Source: Heteronotia binoei
Lineage: Eukaryota
NCBI RefSeq assembly: GCF_032191835.1
Contig: NC_083234.1
Location: 77,810,001-77,874,000, forward strand
Length of the DNA: 64,000 nt
Reading direction: 5' to 3'
Below are positions 1 through 11,535 of this stretch, one piece after another (the first letter of the stretch is position 1; every line of letters begins with the position of its first letter). A model generated the notes under the pieces. The model saw only the letters and a program-made list of their open reading frames with translations. It did no database searches and was not told the origin of the DNA. A program made the translations under genes and the position numbers.

Positions 1-981
1 AGAATTTCACCCCCCCACCACACAACATCCGCTGTGAATTCACAGGGTTGCCCTGAGCTGGAAGCAATTTGATGGCCCGTCATGCACACTCCCGCAGCAT
101 TCCTTTGATAGATGTGCCTGGCCCCGTCTGGGTGTGTGTTTGTGTGATGGTGCAGGATGAACAGAACTTATGTGCCTTTCTGCTCAACCAGCACAAAGTC
201 CTTCCTGTATATTTATACATGTTGCCATCACCAATCTTCAGGTCTCATCCCATCGCCCTCTTAAAGGAGACTGCAGGTTCAAAGCCGGTTTAGCCCACCC
301 ACCCACCCACCCCACCTTCAAAGAGGCCACTTCAGCCCAAAGACCGGCTTCTGGGTTGTGCTTTGGGTTCCCCTGTGAACTGGCAGATCATCTCTGCTGG
401 ACTGCTCTGGTCCCCCCTGTCTGCTACTCCAGGTGGTTTGCTGGGGAGAGGATTCCAAGTCTGGTCCCTGTCTCTCAGGTTATTCTCCTGTCTCCCCTGA
501 GCTGCCTGGGCAACGTACATCCTTGGCTTCTTTGGGGCGGTGGATGGAAATAGAGAGCACTAGAAAAGCATTGGGGAGGTTTGAGTAGAACATTTCCCTG
601 GACTCATCACCAAAATAAGCTTGCATGTGAGTTGGGGTAAATGCTGCTCTGGTAGTTGCTTTTGTGGCTGCCGGTCAGGCCGGTTCCAGCATCGGCAGTT
701 CATGTTTCTTTGGTTCTATTATTATCACGATCAGGCCTCTCTGACAAGCCTGTGGACCTTCCGGATTAACTGATGCGCTAATCAACATTAGTTTTTATAA
801 AGCACTTTTCAAGCCTTCCAAACATTCAGCAGCCTTTACAGCTCCGTACAATAACCCAGTGTTGCTCTCAGCCACGGATGGGAGATGGGAGACAGACAGC
901 GAGATTTGAACTCCGGACAAGAAGCAGCAATGGCTATGTTTTTAACCGGCTTTGGGAAGAGTCAGACAAAAGCCTAGAGGC

Positions 982-1335
982 AGGGCCAGATTAACAAGTA
1001 GGCCAAGTAGGCACTTGCCGATGGGCCCCCATGCATTTAGGGCCCCGGGCTGGCTCCCTACCCCCAATTCCCCCCTGCTTGCAGCCCTCCCAGCCTGCAC
1101 CTGAGCCATTCTTTGCCTGACTTGCCTGGTGCAGCTGCTGCTGGTGTTGTCGCCAAGTTTGCTTCTCTCTGCCTCTCCCCCGCAGCTTTGCCCAAGGGGC
1201 TTTTGCGAAGGGGCCTGCAGGCTGCAGCGGGGGCCACAGGCAGCAGGGTGGGCATTCCAACTCTGAGATAAGTTGCAAGGGGGGCCCTGAGATTTTGACT
1301 GCCTAAGGGCCTCCGCAGGGTTTAACCTGGCACTG
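982..1335. mobile_element. hAT-type non-autonomous DNA transposon (MITE)
   Basis: TIRs CAGGGCCAGATTAA...TTAACCTGGCACTG; near 8-bp TSD cctagagg/cctagaag. Confidence 0.6.
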
Positions 1336-1871
1336 CCTAGAAGAGTCGGTCCCCTGGTAGATATTGCCGAGATAGAGATAGCTCCACTGATCTTCCATGG
1401 ATGAAGCACTCTCTCTCAAATGCAACAGAGGTTATGTCCTTCCAGCGCTTCTTGTGCGACTGGCTACAATGGAAACAGAACGCTGAACTAGATGGATGTT
1501 TGATGTGATCCAGCAGGTCTTACCTTCCTTTCTCAGCGTTCGTTCACAGCCATTTAATGTCACAGTATCAATGTGACCATGATTCATACGTCGTTCTGAG
1601 ATGCAAATTAAGCCAAGAAGACTTGATCTCATGTGTTGGAATCTCGAACAAACAGTGTTTGCCGCAGCAGCAACAGCCATTGGTTAGTTGATTGATAGTC
1701 CATGTCTCCTCAGTGTGGGAAGCAAGACAGCCTTTTGAGGAGGGGTTCTTAGGGTTTCCCTGTCTGGGCACTGGCCACTGGGCACTGGCAGATACCTTGG
1801 GCCTTGTTAGCTTGACAACATTGTTAAAGGATATACCTGAACCCTGGATGGAGAAAGCTCTGAACCCGTGA

Positions 1872-2111
<240 letters not shown>

Positions 2112-2509
2112 TGAGGGCTGATCCAGGGGGGAGGTCAGAGACAGCTCCCGGCTGCCTGCAGTGCGGAGTCTGGCATCCCCTCCTGGGCCCACGCTGCCAC
2201 TCAGGCTCAGCTCAGACCTGGCCCCAGGAGGTGATGGGCGCACCTGGCTCAGACGCTTCTGGCACTGGGAGGGGATCTCTCTCTCTCTCTCTCTCTGGGG
2301 TCATTTTGCCATTTTCTGTTGCTAAAGGAAAGTCTGCCAAGAGTGGGTAGCTGTGAATGGCACATTGTTCTGCCACGCGTTCCCCGCTTCCCTGAGAGTG
2401 AAAGGTACAGTGGTAAAAGTATTGCTTTGACTTTCCTTAAAGCATCTGCAAATGCACCAGTGAGGGGTTAAGGAAGGCCTCCTGCTGTTGAGTTGGGCCG
2501 TTGCCAGGT

Positions 2510-2760
2510 TGGCCCCAGCTAGGCTGATCTCATCAGCTCTCAGAAGCTAAGCAGGGTTGGATCTTGGTCAGTACTTGGATGGAGGACCATAGAGGGAAGC
2601 CCAGGGTCGCCATGCAGAGTCAGGCAACGGCCAACCACCTCCGCTCCTCTCCTGCCAAGGGCTCACCCCAAGTCGGCTCTGTCTTGAGGGCACTTTCTTA
2701 GTCTTTTGCAGAGACGCCTTAAAGGCAGGCGTGTTTTTGTCCAAGCGCAGACTAGGGAGG
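2510..2760 (+). mobile_element. 5S rRNA-derived SINE (SINE3 / 5S-Sauria-like)
   Basis: 2526-2588 resembles the 5S internal control region (GAAGCTAAGCAGGG...AGTACTTGGATGG), followed by a GGCAA(C/T)GGC(C/A)AACCAC tail like that of the Sauria SINEs here. Related copies at ~25430-25560 (-), 43425-43600, 52220-52370, 53420-53500. Confidence 0.75.
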
Positions 2761-3296
2761 ACTAGAGGCTGTAGCTCAAGACAGCTTACACTCAAATAAA
2801 AACAGTTTCCTCTTAAATAATACTAGGCCTATAGAACCATTCCTGCCCTAGCCACTACTAAACAACCTCTTGCGATGTTACATTTGAATATATCAATAGC
2901 ATCAATAGCATTGTAGAGAAATTGCTCTTTTTGTTGTTTGAAAAGATCCTATAATATAAAAGTTGTCATACATTCCACTTGTCATTCAGCATTAAGTTTG
3001 TTTAGTAGCGGATAGCATAGGAACAGTTCCGTAGGTTCTATATTGTTCATTACGCCATGGCTCCTTCTTCGACTGTCATATTGCTCTTAAATAAGCCATG
3101 CGGCTCTGTTTATTAAGGGATGGGAAGAGTCTCTTGTGTGTTTGGGATTTCTATTGGAAGTCACTCAGAGATACATTTTAGTGACAAAGACTTTCACCAC
3201 CCTCAGACAGGCTCATCAGATTTCTTTGTGTGTGTTTTTTATCCTATTGATAGTCTGCCTGTCTCATGGGAATTCCAGGCAGAGGATGAGGCATTA

Positions 3297-3600
3297 GGAA
3301 GAGCCCCGTGGCGCAGAGTGGGAAAACTGCAGGACTGCAGTCGGAGCCCTCTGCTCACGACTTGAGTTTGATCCCAGCGGAAGCTGATTCAGGTAGCCGG
3401 CTCCAGGTTGACTCAGCCTTCCATCCTTCTGAGATCGGTGAAATGAGTCTCCAGCTTGCTGGGGGGGAAGCGTAGATGACTGGGGAAGGCAATGGCAAAC
3501 CACCCCGTCAAAAGTCTGCCGTGAAAACGTTGTGAAAACAACGTCACCCCAGAGTCGGAAAATGACTGGTGCTTGCACAGGGGACTACCTTGACCTTTTA
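3297..3600 (+). mobile_element. Sauria SINE (Squam1-type; tRNA head, Bov-B/RTE tail)
   Basis: Head GAGCCCCGTGGCGCAGAGTGG, internal GACTCAGCCTTCCATCCTTC, tail GGCAATGGCAAACCAC...ACCTTGACCTTTT. Confidence 0.85.
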
Positions 3601-4106
3601 ATAGGATTAGGATGACAGAAATGACAGAACTCTGAAACATCAAGGAAGAGATGCATTTGTGGCATTCCTGAATTTCCTGGGGCTTGCTCCCGAGTGACTA
3701 AGGCCAGGCTTGTGGGAGCTTCTTCGGGGTTTGAGGCGCAAAGGCAAAGCCGTCTCCAAGCCTGACCGCTGAGTTCCTGTGGGTGGCTTTGAAAGGCTGC
3801 CTATGCTTAGTAGCGGATAGCATAGGAACAGTTCCGTAGGTTCTATATTGCTCATTACGCCATGGCTCCTTCTTCGGCCGTCGTATTGCTCTTACTGCCG
3901 GGAAGTGTGGCAGCTGCTGCTGCTTCTCAGTCATGCAAAAGCCTATTTTGCTAGTTGTTCTGCTTTCAGAGGGCATGCGGAGCATTTTTAAGTGCCATTC
4001 AGTGAAATAATTAAGTACCCAGTGGAAGGATTGGGTGAGAATTTCTTGCTGATAGACAGAGCTCCCCCTGTAACACTGTAACTTGTGGAGAGGGGTCACC
4101 CAATAA

Positions 4107-4342
4107 AAAGGGTGGCTCAGTGGTAGGGAGGGATGGTGGCTTAGCAGTAGAGCATCTGCTTGGGAAGCAGAAGGTCCCAGGTTCAATCCCCGGCATCTCC
4201 AACTCAAAAGGGTCCAGGCAAGCAGGCGTGAAAAACCTTAGCTTGAGACCCTGGAGAGCCACTGCCAGTCTGAGTAGACAAGGCTGACATTGATGGACCA
4301 AGGAGGGTCTGATTCAGTAGAAGGCGGCTTCATATGTTCATA
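4107..4342 (+). mobile_element. tRNA-derived SINE with CR1-like tail (Squam3-like)
   Basis: A box GGCTCAGTGG/GGCTTAGCAG, B box GGTTCAATCC, tail GTCTGATTCAGT...GGCTTCATATGTTCATA; head partly duplicated. Confidence 0.75.
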
Positions 4343-5654
4343 AAAGGAGAGGGGATAGATTCAGGAGAGAAGGAAGGGCTTTTTTGGAGCAGGGACACAC
4401 AGGAACGCAGTTCCAGCTGGCTTGGCATCAGGGGTGTGGCCTATTATGCAGATGAGTTCCTGTGGAGCAAACCAATTGTGCTAGGGGTGTGTGGCCCAAT
4501 ATGCAAATGAGTTCTGGCCCGGTGCTTCTTCATACAACCCGCTGTTCACTTCTCTGCTGCAGTGGTGGCCCCTGCCTTTAAAAAGGAATCAGACAAATTC
4601 ACAAGGGGTAGATCTGCCAAAGGCTATTTGATAAGATAGTTAAATAGAGCCTCCGTGTTCAAAGGCAGTGTACCTTTGAATTCAGGGTGCTGGGGGATGA
4701 TGAGAGGGGAGAGCTTTTGCCATCATGCTCTGGGAGAGAGAGGCTCTGTGTTATAGCGTTCAGAACACCTGCCTATGGAGATCTGAGCTCAAGTCCCATA
4801 TTCTGCCGTGACTCTCATTGGCTGACCTTGGGCCACCCTCTTTCTCTGAGCTGAACCCCACCTCACAGAGTTCTTAGGAGGACAAACTGAAGGAGAGGAC
4901 AGATCAAGACAGGCAGGGCTTTTTTTGCAGGGAAAAAAACCCAGCAGGAACTCATTTGCATATTAGACCACACCCCCTGACATCACCATTGTTTTGCACA
5001 GAGCTTTTGGTAGAAAAAGCCCAGGAGGACTCATTTGCATATTAGGCCACACCCCCTGGCACCAAGCCAGCCAGGACTGCCTTCCTGTGCATTCCTGCTC
5101 AAGAAAAGCCGGGAAGACGGGCAGCCGTGTTAGTCTGTCTGTCCGTAGCAGGAGAAAAGCAGCAGCTTCCAGCAGCACCTGAAAGACTCGCATAACTTGG
5201 GGCAGCAGGGGGAGGAGCTTCCCTGAGTCACAGAGTATCTGCAGAAGTGAGCCGTGACTCACAAAAGGTGCCACAAATGTTGTTAGTCCTTGAGGTGCTC
5301 CTGGACTCTTGCTCTTCTCTCCCGGAGGAGGGGAGAACGGGGTCTTCTCTTCTCAGCTCCACAGAGAAGGAGCAGGATAGAAAGGGACTAGAGCTGGGTG
5401 GCCACTGTGGGAAACAGGAGGCTGGATGTGCCTGGCTCTCTGCAGGACCTTTCTTGTGCATGCCAGGGACGCCTCACCTTCTGTCACGGGAAGGGGCAGA
5501 CCAAGGTGTGCTCGTCCTTTCACGTCCTTAGGAAAGGTCCCAGAGGGCTGCTGTTCCAAACCGCCACCAACAGCCGGGAGCGAGCAGAATCAGATGGGCC
5601 GAGAGTGGGGCGCTGGCTGCCCCTTGTCCCCTCTTTTAGTCATTCTTTCATTGG

Positions 5655-5890
5655 GATTGTTAAATAATCAAATAAGACAAGATGAAAATATACAAGGAAC
5701 TGCGATAAGAGGTGGAACATTTAAACTACGAGCCTTTGCAGAGGATCTTGTGTTTATTTTGGAAAGACCTTTGGAATCTATTGATGATTTAAAAGTTAAC
5801 CTAGACAGATTTGGAGAAATGGCTGGACTTAGAATAAACTATCAGAAAAACAATTTTTAAAGCAAAAAATATGCTGAAAGATGCTATTGG
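5655..5890 (+). mobile_element. L1-clade LINE ORF2 (RT) fragment
   Basis: NNQIRQDENIQGTAIRGGTFKLRAFAEDLVFILERP, a YADD-like RT motif homologous to the RT at 36623. Confidence 0.8.
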
Positions 5891-6959
5891 ACTTTTGCAG
5901 CCAGCAGCCGCAAGCTCAGGGAGTTGTCAACAGCCTTTCCGTCCTGCCAGATCTCCTTGGACTGAGGGAGGCAGTGGCTGAGTTGCAAAGGGATAAGGAA
6001 CAGCCCAATTAGCACAATTAAAACTGATTAAAATGACACCCGTTGCCTAGTTCAATGCATTCCACACAAGGATTAAAACACAGGATCAGCCGGCTGAGAG
6101 CCAAATCTGCAAGGAAAATTCTTTGAATGCTCTCTGGAAGAGGACTGCCTTCCAAGATGTAGCAAACAAAGGTGCCTGCTTTGTCCTTTGGGTTGCCAGC
6201 TCTGGGCTTGGGAATTCCTGGAGATTTGGGGGTGGAGCCTGCGGAGGGAAGGGCTTGAGGACGAGGGATTCTTCAGCGGGGTCTAATGCCACGGAGCCCA
6301 CCCTCCAAAGCGGCTGTTTCCTCCCGGGGAACTGGTCTCTGTTGTCTGGAGATCAACTGTAACGCCAGTAGCTCTTCAGGCCTCCCCCGGAGGTTGGTGT
6401 TTTTAACTGTGTGCAAACCAAATATTATTACAGACAGTGCAAACAGTATAGTACTTTTAGTGAAAACAGTCTCTATCTGACTGGGGATTGAGAATTCTTT
6501 GGAATGGTGTGGGATGTAGTGTGGGGCTCTATATATAGAGGAGTTTGCAGAAATTGCCTCTTCCCACTCTTGCATGAGTTCCTTCTTGGGACTCACACAG
6601 ATTCGGGGTGATTTCTGCCCATTCCCTTTCTATCAGCAGTCCCCTATGCCTTATCACACAGAGATCCCAAGGGTCCCCAGAGTATTCTCTTTATATTATT
6701 CTCAGAGTTCTCCTCTACAAAATCGTATGGCAATGCTCTCCAATATTCTTTGGCGCTTGAATAATAATTTGATATATACTACGCAGTATTTGACATCTGG
6801 TGATTTTGCAGTGACAAATCAACATCTGCTGGTATCTCACAATAGACATGCAGCAGAAGTCAACATTTGACACTGTCTCTGACACATTAACAATCAGTAT
6901 TTGAAAGTATCTAATAGCTAACATGCAATGTAAGTCTGTATCTAGTATTTTGGCCCCGC

Positions 6960-7196
6960 AGCTTACATGTAAGTGGGACTGATACAATTCTCATTTACCC
7001 TGGTTCTTAAATCTGTACCATGTTGCATTCTGGGCCACTGCCTACCAGCTATGTAAGGCTCAGCTCAGCTATGTGTGGGTTTGCTCACTGTGCTGGATTC
7101 CTCGTCTGATGAAATGTGCTTAAGAGCACACGAAAGCTTACGTTCTAAGTAAAAATTGGTTGGTCTTAAAGGTGCAACTTGACTCCTGTTTTGTTC
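6960..7196 (+). mobile_element. Penelope-like element end (pLTR) with hammerhead-ribozyme-like motif
   Basis: Homologous to copies at 45762, 49286 and 50880; contains CTGATGA-hairpin-GAAAGCTT followed by GGTCTTAAAGGTGCAACTTGACTCC. Confidence 0.65.
7103..7142 (+). ncRNA. Minimal type I hammerhead ribozyme motif (putative)
   Basis: CGT-CTGATGA-AA-TGTGCT/TAAG/AGCACA-C-GAA-AGCT-T-ACG: helix I 3 bp, helix II 6 bp, palindromic helix III AGCT. Confidence 0.5.
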
Positions 7197-7346
7197 ACCT
7201 GGCCTCTTTGTTATCACAGCCATACAGGAAAGAGTATCAGAATGGTACATGAGGAATGACATCACAGGGCTTTTTGGAATTGAGCTCTTAAACTTCTTTT
7301 TGTGGCATCCTTCCTTTTTTTTTTGTACTGTTGTTTCTACTAATTA

Positions 7347-7641
7347 GAGGAGCCCCGTGGCACAGAGTGGTAAAGCTGCAGTACTGCAGTCCATGTTCTC
7401 TGTTCACGACCTGAGTTTGATCCCGGCAGAAGCTGGGTTCAGGTAGCTGGCTCAAGGGTGACTCAGCCTTCCATCCTTCTGAGGTCGGTAAAATGAGCTT
7501 GCTGGGGGGAAAGGCAGATGACTGGGGAAGGCGATGGCAAACCATGCTGTAAAAAGTCTGCTGTGAAAACGTCGTGATGCGACGTCACCCCAGAGTTGGA
7601 AGCGACTGGTGCTTGCACAGGGGGTCTACCTTTACCTTTTA
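7347..7641 (+). mobile_element. Sauria SINE
   Basis: Same family as 3297; (ACCTTT)n tail; TSD TTTCTACTAATT at 7334-7345 and 7650-7661. Confidence 0.88.
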
Positions 7642-9712
7642 AAATCTTTTTTCTACTAATTGGTTTATACTTTATGTGTTATCAATATGTGGTTTAAATT
7701 TCCCCCTTTCCCCTCTATGTTTGGCTGATATAAATAGTCAGAGTTGGTTTTTTTTCCGCTGCAAATACCGTAAGCCCTCTTAGATGTTGCATCGTCTTTG
7801 AACAGGTTTTGACTGACAGTCTGCAAGAACTGTACATGGCCACTCTGCAGCGGAACTGTAACAGAAGCAGTGCTGAAGGAGATCTTGAAGCAGGGTCTTA
7901 ATGAGCCGGCAGTCTGTCAACTGTTATACGTCATCATTAATTGACATATAATTCACTGCATCATGTACTGCATGTCATTCCTCGCTGTATCATGCACTGT
8001 ATATAGGGGCTTAATTCTACTGTACTATTTGCACTAATATTTGGTTTGCACACAGTTAAGTATACCAGTCCTACAGGGCTTACTGTAAGCTCTGGGAGGA
8101 TTGGCTACATCAGGGGTGTGTGGCCTAATATGCAGAAAAGCCCGTGCTTCAAAAAAAGCCCTGGTGTGGCCTCTGTTACTCAGCATATTTCATGGCTTCC
8201 TGCAGAAGTCTCTTCTCCTCCCCCTCTTTTTTTTGCTCATCTGGAGGTTGGCAACCTGTTCTTATCTGCTCTGGCAGGCTGTTCCAAAGGATTGAGCCCC
8301 CCTTGGAAAAGGCCTACAATCTCACTGTAGCCATCGGAAGAGTCCCAAGGGAGGGCGCCTAGAGGGCAAGGCTGTCTGGAGCATGTAACTGGGGCAGGGG
8401 ATGATTCTGGGAGATGCAGTTTTGAGATCAGGTATGAGCCTCCCCCCCCCCCCACAACCCCACTGCTTGCTAGGCAGGCCTTGAATTCAGTGGGAGCTCA
8501 CAGGTGCACAGCTCCTGACCCTTTTTGAGGGTTCCCCCTCCTCTTCCCCACCTTGTCCATTGAAGAGTAGGTGCAGCTGCATAACAATCCTTGGATGAGC
8601 TCCACCGCTTATTTTTCTACAAAACAGGGTATTTTTCCTACCCTGTTGCCAGGTACTGCCAGAATGCCAACCCTTCGCCTGTGGAGAGGGGGTGCCCAGC
8701 TGCCTCGAAACAAGACTTGGGCGGCTGTCTCTGCCAACTCGCAGAACATACTAAACATGTGAGAGAGTGGAGGCCAATGGCCTCTCCCCATTGGACCACC
8801 ATAAGAGTACATTTTTGAGGGAAATCAGGGGGACTCGATGCATGTCAGCCCCAAGACTCGAGAATGGGTCTTGGAATGGAAGAGGGCAACGGAGGCAGGA
8901 GGACCAGCTATGGAGGGAGCCTAGAAACTCACAGCTGGAGGGTCCCATTTCACTCACTCTTTCTGCTGTCCAGGTGTCCTTTGCTTTTTTGTTTGGTGGA
9001 ATGCAGTCTGCTCATGCTGGCCTCTGGCAATTCCACTGGGTAGACTGAGGGCATCAGGGGCTTAGCACGGACACTGGAAGAGGAAGCTGCACAAAGCTGC
9101 AGTTAAAATGAAGAAATGCTTTGCTGGGTCCTACTGAAAGTCTGTCTAGTCTAGCAAACCATTTTCAGCATTGGCTGGCCCACCAGACAGGGACCAAGGG
9201 CAATAGCCTATGCCCTGTGTCATCTCCCAGTCTCTCAGATTCACAGGCCTTTGGCCATGGAGGTTTCTCTTAGCCATTGTAGCTAATGGGCCTCTTCTAA
9301 TTCTCCTCTGCCGCTGGTGCCTGTCCCCAGATCTAGTGACAGGGAGTCCCACAGATAAATTGCATATGGCACAACATAATATTTTGGTTCATTGGTCCTG
9401 AACTTACTGCTAAACTATTTCACTGGATGATCCCCCTCCTTCCCGAATTATCCTGGGAGCACAAGAATGAGAGAGGTAAAAGAATGTCTCACCGCTTTGC
9501 TCCATTCGAAATAATTTATAAATCGATGTCATCTTTTCCTCTTTGGAGCTTGCTCCCCCCCCCCCCCCGCAAGACTGAAAGCCTCAAATGCAGGGGCAGT
9601 GTCCAGCCCGTGGTGGTTTTGGTCACCATTTTCTGCACCTTTCTCAGCTCTTGAGCTTCTCTTTGGGGAAGGGCCCTGCCTCTGGGGAAGAGCCTTTGCA
9701 GGACATGCAGAG

Positions 9713-10438
9713 GTAAAACTTTCATCAAAAGTACTTTGAGCACAAATCTGACAATGCTATTTGTCACATTAGAAGGAAGTATAATATTACAAAAAAGTCC
9801 ATCCAATGAGCACCCGGTTTAGGCTCATTTCGTCAGATTCTTCCTCAAGGATATCCCTGCCCATGTCAAGGTGATCAGCCTCCTGTTATATTTCAGTGCG
9901 TGTCTTAGGAGCAAATCAGTCACTAACCTCTTCTTAAAACAGATGCAAAAGCCTTCTGGATTAGACTGGGAAATGCTCTCTGCAGCCCCTTTGTTTCTTT
10001 CAAAATTATCATCCTGGAATAAACCATGGCAGTTATAACAAGACACAACACAAAGCTGAATGGGAGTAACTTTTTAGATTTTAATTTAGAACTTACCTCT
10101 CAATGTACCTTGATGACTAAGACAGCGCTAACAGTTTTAAAATTGATAAGTAAATTATGGTTTTATATGTTTTATTGAATTGATTGTTTTTATGATGTTG
10201 TAAGCCGCCCTGAGTCCGCTTGCGGAGAGGGCGGGATATAAATGTAAAGTAATAAAATAAATAAATAATAAATGCGTACAGGAATAGCCTTGAGAATGAA
10301 TTTGACAAAATGAGCCTAAACCAGATGCTCATTGGATGGACTGGGTTTTTTTTGTGTGTGGTAACATTGTACTTCCTTTTAATGTGACAAACAGCCTTGT
10401 AAGATTTGTGATAAAAGTACTTCTGATGAAAGTTTTAC
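9713..10438. repeat. Fold-back element: ~150-bp inverted arms (9713-9859 / 10279-10438) with an L2 tail inserted in the spacer
   Basis: The arms are visibly reverse-complementary, and the ORF track shows the same peptide (..VRFV(L/I)KVLLMKVL) on both strands. Confidence 0.8.
10132..10272 (+). mobile_element. L2 LINE 3' tail
   Basis: GTAAGCCGCCCTGAGTCC...GGGCGGGATATAAAT followed by (TAAA)n. Confidence 0.75.
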
Positions 10439-10687
10439 TAAATACGTTAGCCAGCATATCACAGTGTTTGGTTGTCTGTATTTTCTCTGTTCTCAACTGT
10501 GATCCCGTGGTGTTGTTGCTTTTGGCATGCAGCTTCAGTCCCCTCCCCAGCAGCATCTCCAGTGAAAAAGGACCAGGCGGGGGGGGGGGGGGATGTGAAA
10601 GACCCCTGCCTGGGGCCCTGGAGGGCAGCAGCCAGTTAGAGTGGACAAGGCTGACCTGGAATGGACCAGGGGCCTGATCCACTATAG

Positions 10688-10823
10688 CAGGGATGGCCAA
10701 GGGTAGCTCTCCAGATGTTTTTGCCTACAACTCCCATCAGCCCCAGATAGCACGACCAATGGCTGGGGCTGATGGGAGTTGTAGGCAAAAAAACATCTGG
10801 AGCGCTACCCTTGACCACCCCTG
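10688..10823. mobile_element. Palindromic hAT (Charlie-like) MITE
   Basis: TIR CAGGG(A/G)TGG(C/T)CAA; perfect 8-bp TSD CACTATAG at 10680-10687 and 10824-10831. Confidence 0.88.
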
Positions 10824-10947
10824 CACTATAGGGCAGCTTCATGTGTGAAGTCTTGGAGCCCCATGTTTCCTGTAAGATTTCCTCACACAGTTTCCTGCTT
10901 GCATTTCTATCTGAAGTGGGCCGTGACTCAACCAAAGCTCTTGTTGA

Positions 10948-11262
<315 letters not shown>

Positions 11263-11357
11263 TGAGTGGAGGAGCTGGAACTTTGCAAGGCATCGGCTGC
11301 TCCCCAGGAAAAGATGTGCTGCTAGGTTACATACACGAGACAACCATATCTCCAGAT

Positions 11358-11535
11358 CAGTGTTCCCTCTACCCTGAGTCAGCATGAGCTAGCTCAGTTT
11401 TTGAGCCTCTGGCTCACACATTTTTGTCTTAGCTCAGGAAGGACGGCCCCAGAGCACAAGAAATTATGCAGTAGCCAAATGGCTTGCTCACAATAATGCC
11501 GATAGCTCACAAAATTGGATTTTTGCTCGAGGGAG
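11358..11535 (+). mobile_element. hAT MITE fragment (TIR CAGTGTTCCCTCT)
   Basis: Related copies at ~14727-14920, ~31030-31226 (-) and ~45690-46305. Confidence 0.65.

Noticed and set aside
2526-2588. Possible 5S rRNA gene
   Set aside because: Partial and diverged, and fused to a SINE tail in multiple dispersed copies.
4126-4200. Possible tRNA genes (also 13997, 21927, 40144)
   Set aside because: A/B boxes continue into SINE bodies and tails, some with TSDs; no complete cloverleaf seen.
5426-5860. 144-aa ORF as a host gene exon
   Set aside because: A chance fusion of unique sequence with an L1 RT fragment.
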